Assembly: GCA_002104905.1 (NCBI GenBank)
Contig: MCFE01000622.1
Span: 1-51,964 of the forward strand
Reading direction: 5' to 3'
Length of the DNA stretch: 51,964 nucleotides
Source of the DNA: Basidiobolus meristosporus CBS 931.73
Taxonomy: Eukaryota > Fungi > Basidiobolomycota
The translations under genes were made by a program, and so were the position numbers. Shown one piece after another: positions 35,558 through 48,815 of the stretch. Position 1 is the first letter of the stretch; each line of letters starts with the position of its first letter. The notes below the pieces were generated by a model. The model worked only from the letters and a program-made list of their open reading frames with translations, made no database searches and had not been told where the DNA came from.

Positions 35558-36269
35558 ATGACTACTCCTTATAACCACGGACAGTATCCAGCAGGCGGTG
35601 CTTCTTATATCCCACCGCCGGGATACGGCATATATCCCTCGTATGGTGAGCAAAATCCTAAAGCATTGGCCTTTTCATCCACAAAAGCGCTTCAATCTCA
35701 ATACAAAAATATATCCTATATGCTGCTCTGTCTGCAGATTGTATGGCCGTATTTGATTGGAATACCTATTTGAATCCCCATCAATTAATATGCCTTTATT
35801 TAGGCATCAAGCTTGCTGAATATATTGACTCTCTATAGATCCATATCGGCCACTCAGCAGATTCCTCTACACCTAGCATTAAGTATACTGCTTCTGTGTG
35901 CGAGTGGATTGCGTTTACTGGCATGTGTCTTTGGGATTGTGGGGATATATAGGGTAGGTGGACATATCGTACATAGGTGATGCGATTTTTCTTATCTTTT
36001 GAGTCTTAGGAATCGTACAGATACCTCTACGCTTATTTGGCTGTGATTGGGATTCAATTGGTTCTATCAGTGGCCTGTATTGTGCTCTCTTTCATTGTGG
36101 GTAATGTTGGCACTGGGGTGTCCATAACAGTCCAAGTAAGTGCGACCTTTCCAAGTATATTTCATCGCATAAGTACTAACTGGTTCGAATGCAGATCCTG
36201 ATAGACAGCTATTTCTTATATCTATTTTACCATCAGCTAATCTATTACCAGTCTAATAGAGCCATCTAA
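35558..36269 (+). CDS. Small 5-exon membrane protein with N-terminal PPxY motif (~149 aa)
   Basis: Exons 35558-35645, 35738-35748 (11 nt), 35804-35953, 36010-36135, 36195-36269 join in frame (450 nt). Three to four hydrophobic segments. Confidence 0.65.
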
Positions 36270-36868
36270 ATGTCTATATAATATGTTGAGAATATCCGTC
36301 TCACTCTTTACATGTGGACTCCTAACATACACCTGTATTGTGAATTCATAGTGGTTTGCTACCTAGCAATGCTAATTATATCATTTCCAATCAATATTTC
36401 ACAAATCACACATGTAATTAAATTCAAGGTTATCATGGCTAGGTTACAGGTGGATCACAAATTCACAGTACTTCTACGGATTACGATCAGTCCCGGGAAA
36501 CACAACGTAGTTGGGCCAGATCATGTTTGATAGAAGGAGAATCTTAACGATATGGTTTTATATAGGGTGCCAGCATTATTACTGATCTGTGCTCCACATC
36601 TCAATGGAGTTGCGCTATCCTGCCATGAAAGTTTGGTATCATGATTTTGAGAGCTCATTCAAACAGAACGCCGATATTTGTCCTAAATACAATCAGTCAC
36701 TAAATGCACCCTTTGTGATTGCTCATTAGTAATGATAAATTGTATAATGGTTACTTTGCATAGCTCATCACAGGGCCGTGAGAACGTTGTGTGACGTAGC
36801 CTTGCAGCCTTCTTAATAGATGCCATGCTGTAAACTCGCACTTGAAGCTTCCCAACACTCTCTAAATC

Positions 36869-38539
36869 ATGTACCGATATGGTTTTAGCAAATCTTGTCC
36901 TGAACTCGTTTCAAGAATCCACACTCCGTTATTTCAGCAAAGGAACTGGTCCCGTAGTTTAACAACGGCGAAAACAAACGTCGTGGCAAAAAAACCTGCT
37001 TACGAATCAAGGTAGCACCACTTTCTAGAGTTCTTTTGGAAACCCTCTCCATTGTTAAGCCCACGTCGCAACATAACAGGACCACCTTGACGGAGACTAT
37101 TCTTCCAAGCCATACTGATGATCGTGGTTTTGCGTATGGCGGCCAGATACTAAGCTGGATAGATATTGCTGCAGGGATTGCCGCAAAAAGGCACGCCTCT
37201 GTGTTTAGTGTACGTGTGTTTGTTCTAGCCAATCATTATACCCAAACACTAACTTGAGGGCTATCTTAGGTCACCAGAAGCATGGATAGTGTTCATTTCT
37301 TGCATCCAGTAAGCCAAGGGGATATATTGATTCTGAATGCTTCCGTCAACAGAGCTTGGAATACTTCTATGGAGGTAAGTGAATGACTATTTCGACGGCG
37401 TTGAGTTTTCATTAATTTAAACCATTACAAGGTTGGAGTTAGAGTGGAGACCGAAGACCTCGTTACTGGAAAAAGAACGCATTGTAAGAACGCTCAAACA
37501 TTTCATATATTGCCCATATTCATATACTTCTAGGTTGCTACGCGTACTTGACATTTGTGGCTTTGAACCCAGAGACTGGGAAGACTACTACCGTCCCGAA
37601 AATCATCCCTGAAACTGAATCAGAGAAAAAGAGATATGAACAAGCTGAAGAGCGACGCCAGCGACGACTATCTCGCTTCCAACCACGGGATAACGAAGAG
37701 AAACGGGAGATCATGAACTCCCTTGCGAAAGAGGAATGGAAAAACGAGGACCTTTTGAGTAATGATATTCCCTGACTCCAATGCTCACCCACCCATTCAT
37801 TCTTTTATGAAAAACAGTTCAGTCGCCAGAATCCAAGGGCTGCGTGTGCTCCAAGCCCAATGTCTTTACAGCAAGCAAGACCATTCAGGATTCGTACTCC
37901 GAAGTAGTGGAGCTTGTTTTACCCCAAGATGCCAATACCCTACAAATCACATTTGGTGGCAAGATAATGCAGTGGATAGAGTATTGTGCGATTATAAGCG
38001 CCAGTCGTCATTCCAGATCTTACCTCATAACTGCGAGGTAGGTTGAAGCATTGCTGTTTGACGCTCCAAAGCCAGCGCTGCTAATGCATGCATCAAATGT
38101 AGTGTGGACACATTGCAATTCTACAATCCTACTTATGTCGGCGATATCATCACAATCCGCTCATTCGTGTCTGGCGTATTTAATTCGAGCCTGGAAGTAT
38201 CCGTAGTCGTTGAAGCTGGTAAACACATTCAGACAAATATAATCAGTTATTTAAGAATGACTTCATGAACCCCATATCTAGAGAGTCCACTCGATTCGAC
38301 AAAGCGGATCTTGACCAACGACGCTTATGTAACAATCGGTAATCCCAGCTTGTATTGCACATTATCGGAAGAGTCTAATGAATCCTATTACAGTTTCCGT
38401 TGATAAAGCCAACTACCCATATGGTGGATTGCCTGCACTAAAGCCAAGAAACGAGAAGGAGGAAAGGTATATTGCTAAAAGTGTTGAGCGAAGGGCAAAC
38501 AGACTTCAAGAAAGACTGATGATATCCAAAAATCACTGA
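36869..38539 (+). CDS. Double-hotdog acyl-CoA thioesterase, multi-exon
   Basis: Two hotdog domains: ILPSHTDDRGFAYGGQILSWIDIAAGIAAKRHA...SMDSVHFLHPV...SME|VGVRV, and VLPQDANTLQITFGGKIMQWIE...SVDTLQFYNPTYVGD. Several GT-AG introns (37210-37269, 37375-37431, 37484-37533 and others). 5' end uncertain. Confidence 0.85.
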
Positions 38540-38804
38540 TATTGAACCATTGGTAAAGTAACACAGAATGATAACTATTCTCGAACCCAATAAACCACAG
38601 AGCAAAGCACAGCTTTGCTATTCCTCAAAACAAACGAAATCAAGAGCAAGTCTGTTGGTCATATGGATCACTGCAACCTACGAACTCTGCTTCTGTGAGT
38701 GGTGCCGGGATAGTGCACGTGACAAGTTCCCTTTATTACATATCAGAAAATTTGATCAATAGTAAAATATGAAAATAAACTCTAATGGGATAACAATCAG
38801 TGCG

Positions 38805-40581
38805 TTAAGCTTGAGGCTTTTCGTATGCAGCATTGTGCACTTTTTGTGCGCGACCTGAAGGATCCGCAGGGCATCCCCAATCTCCACGGGGGATCCATCT
38901 AACTACAGACTCTGTACAAGCATCTTGAGGGAAGTGTTGCTCAAAAATCTCACGATACCAGTATGCTTCCTTGGTCTGAGGGGTGTCCTTTGGCCATCTC
39001 TTAGCAGCGTTAGCAAACTTCTCATCGCTAACCAATTCTTCGGCTTTTGATTTCAATGAATCAATCCAACTGTATCCCACCCCGTCCGAGAATTGTTCTT
39101 TTTGACGCCACAGGATGCTATCGGGAAGGTATGGTCTGAGATGTGGGTCATCGGAAGTATCGAAGGCTTTACGGATGATGAATTTCTCCATACGCCTAGT
39201 ATCTCCCCCGAATAGTTTCTCATTAGGGTCAACGTTCATAGCTATCTCCAAAAACGATTTGTCTAAGAAGGGAACTCTAGCTTCAACCCCCCAGGCCATT
39301 GTAGACTTGTTCGCACGCAGGCAATCGGATGTATGAAGGTTCTTTACACGTGCAACAGTCTCTTCGTGGAAAGAGGCAGTGTCTGGAGCTGCATGGAAAT
39401 AAAGATATCCACCAAATACCTCATCAGACCCCTCACCAGAAAGCACCATCTTTACGCCCATGGCTTTGATCTTGCGGCTTAACAAATACATTGGAGTGCT
39501 GGCACGAACAGTAGTAACATCGTATGTTTCAAGATGGTAAATGACATCAGCAATGGCATCATGACCCTCTTGAAGGTTGAATGTATATTCGTGATGGACA
39601 GTTTTCAAGAACTTCGCTGCCTTCTTAGCAGCAATCAAGTCTGGTGAGCCAGGAAGTCCAATCGAGAATGAATGCAGACGAGGCCAGGTGTAGAGGCCAC
39701 TTGGATCCACATCGTCGTCAACTTCAATAGCTCTCTCCACAGCTAGTTTAATCGACTCACGACAAGCAATTGAGGCAATAAGACTTGAATCCAAGCCACC
39801 ACTGAGAAGAACTCCATATGGCACCTCACTCATCAGTCTCTTACGAACAGCCTTCTCTAAACCTTCTCTCAGTGCTTTGTAGTCAATTGGGTTTGTAGGA
39901 ATTTTCTTGCCATCCCACCAGGAAGGAGTGAAATAGCGAGTTGTTTCCCCGGTGGCGGAATCGTAGATGTGTCCAGGAGGGAAAGCGATGATTCTGTCAC
40001 ATTCTTCGTTAAGAGCTTTGAGTTCGGAAGAAAAGTAAACAGTCTCAGGATAGGCCGAGTTCCAGCCTTGGTAGAGGGTAGTGATACCAATAGGATCACG
40101 AGCAGCGATGAAGCGATTCTTTTTGGTATCCAGAAGAACGAAGCTGAACATACCGTCAAGCTTCTTTACTACCTCAGCATCAATCTCGTTATAGAGATGA
40201 AGAATAACCTCGCAGTCAGAACGGGTCTTCATCTCAGTAGCATTCTTCAAGCTCTTTTCCAAAGCTTTGTGGTTGTAGATCTCTCCATTGACAGATAGAA
40301 TGAGTGTTTCATCATCATTCACAATTGGTTGAGCACCAGAGTCAACACCAACAATGGCCAAACGCTCATGGCACAATATATGGTTATTCTTGATTACGCA
40401 TCCGTTCCAATCAGGACCACGGTGTCTAAGTCTGTGAAGGCAAGATCATAGGCAGTCAATAGGGATACATGTCTACCATGTTGATTATAACATGCACGTA
40501 CTTCTTTGAAAGCTGAAGGGCACGTTGGCGGTAGGCTTGGACATCGCCTTGGTAGTTGAAGACAGCGAAAATGCCGCACAT
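38805..40581 (-). CDS. ASN1: Asparagine synthetase (glutamine-hydrolysing), 568 aa
   Basis: N-terminal MCGIF (Ntn amidotransferase), [42 protein letters not shown]. Exons 40581-40502 and 40431-38805. Confidence 0.96.
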
Positions 40582-42352
40582 TATGAGTTACTATTTAAAG
40601 AGACGGAGTTTAGTCAATGATGGAAAAGCTCAAAGATTAAGCGCAAGTTTTGCGCTATATATGCCAAAACTGACCTAATCTTTCGGCTCGACTAGGGATG
40701 CGACGATTGTGGATGCCTCCGGTATGGCCTGCTTTATGTATAATTTCCAACCAGGCAATGCCCATGTAATCGTCCCAAGATGACCAAGATCCATGCTATC
40801 ATGAACTGATTGGAGTGTCGGAATTAGCTACAATCAGATATATCAATTAGCTAGAATCAACATAAAATCTAGCTGGAAAGACTCAATCCAACAGATCACT
40901 GATGAACTATCTAAAATAGAAATGTCTGTTAATTGTACTCTCACATCTTGGAAACCGGCAGACAAATATGGTAATCAAATTTACCACCCAAGAGCATATT
41001 TCTATCCAACCCAATTATAATCTGATTGATAGGCTCATGTAGAAGCGATGAGATCAAGACACTAGATCGCAATGATGCAAGCATTACAATTGAGGGATAA
41101 AATGTGAATATCTCCAAGAAGCATGGAGGAAGCTAACCATTGCTGCTAAGCCCTAGCCTCGCAGAAAATCAAATGCTGCCCACGTTGAACTTGGTCATTG
41201 CAGTGTATGGCTACTGTACATTATTGCGGAGAGCATCACTTCAATATGAGTCATCTTTCATGCTCATGCTTCCTAATGACTCATATTCTGTAGAATCTAC
41301 AACTAGATCTTCATACCATAGTAGCATAGCGGCAGGCAGGTATCACAAAGAATCCCAATCTACATGCTCGTTCATCGGGACTGGGTAGAGATGCTCGAAA
41401 ATCCATGCATCATTGGCATTGTAAACATAGGGAGACGTGAGAAAATCTTCTGCTGATGAAGGTGGTGCCGTAAAAACTATCTTTAAAACCGTTGGTAGAT
41501 CTATTCTCAAGTACCATCATCGGTGGAGCAACAAATGACCAATCGGAGGGGCGTATTTGGTCCTTTCAGGCTTACTTCATGTATATTAAACAGATAATCT
41601 ACGAAGAACCAGATCGTTAGCAGGTGGCGGCTTTTCGATAATTTGTACATTCGAATGCAACTTGGGCGGAAATAACTAAACTAGTACAAGTATTTAACCC
41701 AACTACAACGAGCCCTTTGCATGTAATTGTATGTTGCTACGACTTTGATGCTTTGAACAGCACTTTGTGGGTTGTTATTACTATATGATTCGATACATTA
41801 TGCTGTCGCATAAAGGTATCCTAGGGGTCTTGTGTACGCTCACAATTACTCTAAATGCAGCAGGCCCTATGCTTCAATGACGAAGATACATGTTTTGTGA
41901 TGATTTCTATTCAACCATCATTAGTCACATCAGAAACTGTTCATATACTAAGCCCTTTCAATTATTGACATATTGCTCAGTAATTATACCCACGCGGGTT
42001 TTGTTTTTGAAAGATGGAAATTAGCTTCTTTATTAAACACTGTCTAATCTTCAATGATTTGTACAAGAGGTTCTCTTATTAGCGTTGCACAACCAGAGGA
42101 AACCCAAGAGCCAGTTAACTGGGATCTTGATTTCGACTTGAAGGTGCACTATGATTTTCTGTCAAACACTCATAGTACAGAGTTTGAGCGTCATATATAA
42201 ATAGTAGACAACCTGGATGATTTCAACAGTCCTGCCGAGATTGTGGATCCACATCACGGAACATTGTGGTCGACTGGTCTTTTCTCCAGTAGGGAATTTG
42301 GGATTTTATAATCGTTTATTAATATTCAGGTAGCAGAAGAGAGCCAACTTTG

Positions 42353-43147
42353 CTACATTTTGGGCTTACGGAGGCGCGCAAATACTCCATCCAAAGCTTT
42401 AACGGTGCGGGGTAGCGATAATAGCTCGAAACCACCTTCTGCTTCTTTGGTGAGCCTCTCCTCGTTACCCCAGACATCTGCAAATTCGTTACGTAAGAAA
42501 CCTTTGGTGACCTGTCTACCAGCATCAGGTGTCTTTAATAGCTGCTTCATAATGCCCTCTGCTGTTGGCAGAACCTGATCATGCTCCTTGACAATTTCAT
42601 CAATTAGTCCAATCTCCTTTGCTTGCTTTGTATCTAGTAGTACTGCGAACTGAAGGATTTTGTCTGCTTTTCCTTGGCCGATAATCGAGGACATAAGCTT
42701 GATCCATATATTGGGGACAGAAATACCAAGAGCAACTTCGTTTAAGCCTATGTATCCGTCCTCAGACATTACCCGATAGTCACAACACATTGACAAGCAA
42801 CAACCACCAGCTGGGCAAGCACCCTTGATTGCAGATATGGTGATAAGTTTGGAACGGTACAGTCTAGCTAAGAATTGATTCGAAATCTTCCAGAACTTAG
42901 TATACCGTTCTTTAGAAGTCTTGGGGGCGTAAAGCTCCAGTAAGTCATTTCCGGCGGTAAAAATAGGACGGCTAATGCCAGATTGGAAAATAACGCCACG
43001 GACTTTGGGATTGTTCTCCAACTCATCTAAAGCAGAAAGAAGTTGCACCCAAACGTCCATATTCATAGAGTTTACAGGCTCGCGCTTGATAGTGATAACA
43101 GCATACCCATCCGATTTGATATCGGCAGTAACATATTGAGAAGGCAT
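42353..43147 (-). CDS. ECI1: Crotonase-family enzyme, delta3-delta2-enoyl-CoA isomerase-like (264 aa)
   Basis: PVNSM, IFTAGNDL, AIKGACPAGGC.LSMCCDYRVM, IGLNEVALGI. Confidence 0.85.
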   Translation of the reverse strand: MPSQYVTADIKSDGYAVITIKREPVNSMNMDVWVQLLSALDELENNPKVRGVIFQSGISRPIFTAGNDLLELYAPKTSKERYTKFWKISNQFLARLYRSKLITISAIKGACPAGGCCLSMCCDYRVMSEDGYIGLNEVALGISVPNIWIKLMSSIIGQGKADKILQFAVLLDTKQAKEIGLIDEIVKEHDQVLPTAEGIMKQLLKTPDAGRQVTKGFLRNEFADVWGNEERLTKEAEGGFELLSLPRTVKALDGVFARLRKPKM

Positions 43148-45114
43148 GGCTTAGGGAAAAAGCTGAGGGTTAACGTACAGATTTCTTGCAAAGGAATATT
43201 TGGTATATATATGCTACTGTCAACTCTTCCCCTAGTGAGTCACAAACATTGGAACACATGAAATCAATGTCCTTCGGCGATTTCATCATCAGAAACTAAG
43301 CCTCAGTAACCATGGGTAAATGAAGAAAATCCCTACAATATCCATGCTTAATCATGGGAATTTTGTGAGAAAAAGCCAGAAAAATTCCCACATATTGAAA
43401 ATAGGCGTGTTGCAACAGTTGAGTAGCCAATAAAGGTAATTCGTATTGGTCAGCCAGAAAACCCTCATTCGATTGCACGTATATCAATTGCATGTGTGAT
43501 TCTTCATCACCCAACTTCAGGTCTAGGGTTTTGACAGCAAATGGGCGATCCGAATTAAAGGAAGGATCAAAGCCATATTCAGTGTGCATATGACATGAGG
43601 CCGAATCTAAGATCTCTGAAAGCTTGGCCATTTTCACATAATTTTACCACGACAATTTTAATCCCGATTATCACGAGGGCAAAGCTTCAGAGTAACCGCT
43701 AGAGCCGCAATATACTTTGATAACTGATGTATCTTGGCACTGTAACCGATCAGTGGACACTTGCTACACTAACATGTCTAATCGTACTCAGTACCCAAAA
43801 CGACCCTACATACACCCGCCTTCGTATCATCTGTACAGACATACCACAAGTCGGAATCCCAATAGGTATTGTTTACCCCAAAGTCAACGAGGAGCAAATA
43901 GCTATGTATGGAGGAAATACAAAGGCTGTATTCGCAGAGTGTGTTTATTCACACCTGACCACTGTTGCATTCAGTAGCAAGGTTGGTCACAGGTTGAAGA
44001 TTAAGCCTGAGTGTGATTTTCACATGAGAGCAGAAATTGATAAAGACATTTGTTTCACTGTAATTTTAACTCAACAAGTTGGATAAGGATAATATGGTTT
44101 GAGTACCTGAGTGACGCCTATAATTAGTGCTCCACCAGATGGGTATTGATGCGGGTACATATTGATTTCAGTGAGAAAACCAAGCTGTAAGGGAGACTCA
44201 GCTATTAGAAGGTTCTACCTGGCCATGCGCCCGAATCTGCTGGAGCATGCTGAGCTCCTAATAGTGCCGTTTCTGGAAAATACCTCGCAAACCATGAGAT
44301 CACCAACCTCTTGGTCATATTACGAGATTGCTCAGGTTTCTGGGCATATATGTTCAGGTGAGACCGTCTGAAGAAACACAACCAAGTCGAGTAACTGTGT
44401 CTGTTCCAAATTGGTCACATTCAATTTAAACAGTTCATGCTTGGTCATCTGACCCAAGCAGAATGCATGGTTGGAATTGTTCGAAGATATTAATCTAGTA
44501 GGGGGATTATGCCATGTTGAACTGCGCATCTATCAGCGATGGAGGTGATTGGTAACGCTAAACGTCGTCACCAAATGCGGGGTATTGTTTGACCTTGATG
44601 GAGCTTATAGGTAAGAAAATAGTTATTTTGGTTGGATAACAGTAAAATATTGAGCACGCATGGAAGGTAGAAGCGTTTAAACTTCCGAGGAATATCTATA
44701 CCTTGCTCTTGTTGCTATTGATTGCCAGTTGGCTAAGTGATGCGAAACCTGTACTACCTGCGAAAAAGGTCACCGTCAGAGGGCAACCTCATTAGCGTAA
44801 GGAATGCATTAATCAGTGTATTTTTGGAATTCGAGGGGTCATTAGGTGAGACCAAACTATCCAAAAATAATGCCAAACAATTGGTGCTACGATTGGTAAA
44901 CATTTTAAACAGTGGACCAACTTTTTTCGTTTAAAGCAGACTATCGTCCGGCATTGTTCGGTGACAATTCTACACTTCAACTCTGGAAGGCTATTATCGG
45001 TTAATTGTTTGCGTGTGCATCTTTAGCATTCCCTCTCACTTTGCCTGTTCTTTTAACAATACTTGCAACAAACATATTCAATGCTGTCTCCGTTAGCGCA
45101 GTTCGACAACACAT

Positions 45115-46305
45115 ATGAAACCCCCAAATATAGCTATCAGGATTTTTCGAGTGAAGGTAAGGTGTTATACCGGTTCAAACACAGTCTACGCTGCTTTAAC
45201 GAACAGTGAAGAGTCCCCAGGTAGCCCGGAGGAACAATACCCTTCCCCACCAGTTGAACAATTGCCTCAAAAGAAGAAGCCAGGAAGAAAGCCGAATCCT
45301 GCCTCCCCAGCTGTACGTAAAGCACAAAATCGTGCAGCCCAAAGAGCCTTTCGCGAGCGAAAAGAGAGGCACCTCAAGGAGTTGGAGGTGTGTGTGAAGG
45401 AGCTGCGCGACAACCAACATAATGTTCATAGTGAGCTTCAACGAGAAAACCAAAAATTACGTTATCTGATTCAAATACTGAAGAACGATAACGTACAATT
45501 ACGCAGCATTATATCCGGATTTGGATCTTTGACCGAAAAAGCATCAAGTAGGGAAATGATTTCACCTGCAAATGGTATAGCGGCTTCCTCCTTTATACCT
45601 TCAAGTGGGACAAGCATGGAAGGCTCCATTATCACGCCGGTTCCTTTAGCTAGAGGTTACCTTACCCCGACTTATCAGGAAGAACCAAATACCTTTTCTG
45701 GATTATCATCGGGCAACGGTTCAGACCCTGGATTATACGGCAGCCCTTGTGCATCTAGGATGGATTGCTATACACCAGCGTCTTTTACATCTTATACCCA
45801 CTTTGATTCCGAAACCTGCTCGTTCGACAGTAGCGAGAGATCCTTGGGCTCACAGACGGAGGATGATCTTCAGCAGGACATGTTAGATGGTAATATACAT
45901 ACTGTGTTTCCCGACGGAATTACTCTCACTATTCCTCCGCCTGACTTCGGTCGCCTTAGTGGTGGAGTTGCCATTAGCTTGATACCCGAAGTCCGAGAGC
46001 CTAAATATATGTTCAAACACTACGATTCCAGGATTGACAAAGTTCCCAGTGAGAAGTTGAAGGAATTGATGATAGAGCAACAGGGTAATTACGATCTTGA
46101 TGAACTCTGGGATCTCTTTATGACCAAAGCCATATGCCATGGCGATCCTCAAGACCCTTCAGCCTGGGAATTGCCTGATGAATTCTATACAAGATTCCCA
46201 ATGCTGGTAGATCCTGCTCTGAAGGCAAGAGAGAGAATGCGGACTGCATGGTGGCGTTTGAATGGGAGGATCAAAGCTGGTGACAAGATTCGTAGCTTTG
46301 TCTAA
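45115..46305 (+). CDS. bZIP transcription factor (AP-1/Yap-like basic region) with conserved C-terminal domain resembling DUF3425-type proteins
   Basis: KPGRKP...RKAQNRAAQRAFRERKERHLKELE followed by leucine heptads; C-terminal YDLDELWDLFMTKAICHGDPQDPSAWELPDEF. Start codon uncertain (possible donor at ~45157). Confidence 0.85.
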   Translation: MKPPNIAIRIFRVKVRCYTGSNTVYAALTNSEESPGSPEEQYPSPPVEQLPQKKKPGRKPNPASPAVRKAQNRAAQRAFRERKERHLKELEVCVKELRDNQHNVHSELQRENQKLRYLIQILKNDNVQLRSIISGFGSLTEKASSREMISPANGIAASSFIPSSGTSMEGSIITPVPLARGYLTPTYQEEPNTFSGLSSGNGSDPGLYGSPCASRMDCYTPASFTSYTHFDSETCSFDSSERSLGSQTEDDLQQDMLDGNIHTVFPDGITLTIPPPDFGRLSGGVAISLIPEVREPKYMFKHYDSRIDKVPSEKLKELMIEQQGNYDLDELWDLFMTKAICHGDPQDPSAWELPDEFYTRFPMLVDPALKARERMRTAWWRLNGRIKAGDKIRSFV

Positions 46306-47491
46306 TACTGAATCCAATTATGTTTCTTGCTATCGATTTCAAGACATTCCAGTCATCATCACTTTAGATCCACTTGGCCTTATCCTTTGTAAACCCTCAT
46401 CGAACATCTCAATACCTCTACCGACCATCAGTTGTACAGCATCGACTATTCCTTGTATATTTTTGCAAATCAAGTTATCACCAGTATTCGTTTCCTTCAA
46501 CCGAAATCCCGTGAAAACATATGCCACTTTCAATAGCAGTTCAGCAATAAAAATGAAGTGTTACTTCACAAATATACACAGGGGGTTTCCACATGATCAA
46601 GCGCATCATATGCATCCTTCCTAAGCCAGTGCCCCTGGCTGAGCACATGAAATCATATGAACTCTCAAGATTCTGCTAACATTTAGTTGATTTGTTACAC
46701 TGTGAACACAGCAGTGCTGATATGTTGATCAAGCGACTGAAAGTTATCAGAAATTCAACTATTGCCATATATATCAATGGGAAGCAGAGTTACTCCTATT
46801 GGTATAGTGTTTCACAAGCACATTCCTATGACCATAACGTGCTTAGATTTGGTGAATCCAAATATGTTCCGTTGATTAGGCTTAGGCCCAGTTACTCCTG
46901 AGCCCAGTCCCAAGGAGACAACAGGTTGTGACTGGATTCCCAACTCGCCATAGTTAACTCGACCAAAAAAGATGTATTTCGCCATTCATCACAACGCATG
47001 ATTTTCGTGCTATGCATCTAGGTCATTTCTAACCTGGTATCAATTCGCTGAATAGTAATCGCTACAAAGATGTTCTCAACCTCCCGAAACAATCCTCATA
47101 ATACTGAACCGTTACCCAAGAGAAGATCCGTTTGAATTTAACCATATGCAGTATCTTACGGAAGGGCCACCTGTTCCATTCACCCATTGCGAGCTCCGAT
47201 TTACTAGTTGCTGTATATTTTGAGATTCTGGAGTCATCCTTGTTTATCAATCCAATAACTATGCTAAGAGTGCCAGTATCAAATGATAATACACTTGGGG
47301 AGAATGTACAGTGTGAGAACTAAATTATACGTAATACGATATATACTAATCAAGTGTTTGTATAAGAATTAGCGGAATAGCATAGGGTTGATGGGGGGGG
47401 GGAGCCTCCTAATACATATAGAAGATACCACCTGAAGGTGTGTTTAGACATAGTAACCCTGGATTAGTCGACAAGTCATCAGCTTGCCCGA

Positions 47492-48815
47492 TTACAGCAA
47501 GCCGCATTGCTTCAAGTTATCCTCAATCATGATGTCGTTCACTGCTGCCATCACAAAGCCAATCTGCTGAGTATCTGTGGCACACGTAAAGTGTGTATAT
47601 ATCTTCTTGCTACTTATATGATTGAGTGATTGGAAGCAGTTAGCGATGAATTCGCAGGCCTTGTCATAATCCTCTCCGCCTAGGTGTAGTATTAACTCAG
47701 TTAGTGAGGGAGAATACACAGAGCAACATGAGCCTGGATTTACCGTCGTAGTCCAGAAAATAATCACTCATTGGGGATGTTATCAGTTTTTCTCTGAACA
47801 GATCTATCTTGTTTAGGAACAACAGTACGGATGTTTTGGTAAACCATCGTGAATTGCAGATGGAATCAAATAATGTAAGCGCCTCTTGCATGCGATTCTA
47901 ATCCATACTACTGATAAATAAATAGACTCCGCATTGATTTGATGTATGCCTGAATACTTACCACAGTGTCATCCTCTATTAGATTCTGATCGTATTCACT
48001 TATAGCTACCATAAAGACGATTGCCGTTACATTTTCGAAGCAGTGAATCCATTTCTTGCGCTCAGATCGCTGCCCACCAACATCGAGTATGCGATATGTC
48101 ATCTCACCCATAGTGAAGGCAGTTTCTGTCATCCCTGTAGTTTTCACACGAGAACGTAGTACATCTTGATCATTGGGTATGTAGTTAGGCTGCCCTATCC
48201 GTTCAATACATTCAAAATAACTGGTTCCCGAATACAAATATTAGAAGGAGCGTGGTCAATGCGGATATTCTTTAAAAATCTTACTATCTGGCTGAGTCAT
48301 TCAGTTGATATTCTCGCGAGCGGTGAAAGCATTCCTGCACGCCCTTATCTGCCCAGAGACATTTGATGGCTTCCGTTATCTCGCTAGCAAGAGACTCTCC
48401 TTCGATTTGTTCAGGGAGCTCCATTATTATATCTACATGAGTTGAGTATTTTTCGTTTTCTAAGGAGATCTCCATGATTTCCATTGCTTCTAGTATAACC
48501 CTCATGGATTGGGCAGCGTTGGAGAAAATCACTTCTCTGTAGGCTTCTCGCTCGTCAACGCTGTAGCTTCCTTCATGGATTAGCTTCATTTGCTTGATTA
48601 AGGTGCTTTTTCCAGATTCACCAGCACCTAATAAAAATAAAGAGTTAATCTATCGTCTGCTCGGGAATGAGTCGAATGGCCGAATCGCCTAGAAAGCAAC
48701 CTAGAAGTAGCATTTTGACGTCGTTCTTGTGGGTAATACGATCATTTTTCAGTTGATTTTCAATCACATCATTGGTGTGTTTACCGTCAACTTCCTGACT
48801 GGCGCAACAACCCAT
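47492..48815 (-). CDS. Heterotrimeric G protein alpha subunit (Gi-like fungal group I), 5 exons
   Basis: MGCCAS lipidation site, [38 protein letters not shown]-terminal CGLL. Exons 48815-48701, 48627-48285, 48220-47962, 47897-47744, 47679-47492. Confidence 0.95.

Noticed and set aside
37012-37028. 17-nt GT..AG as a real intron
   Set aside because: Far below the 50-90 bp introns seen throughout the window. Kept only as one alternative in the thioesterase finding.
43296-44529. ORFs 43296-43637, 43727-44086, 44162-44371, 44332-44529
   Set aside because: No recognisable domain or consistent splice chain. Could be a degraded gene but cannot be supported.
46339-46533. 64-aa minus-strand ORF convergent with the bZIP gene
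   Set aside because: Too short, with no motif; not supportable without expression data.
47393-47402. G10 run downstream of G-alpha
   Set aside because: A single homopolymer, not a four-tract G-quadruplex pattern.
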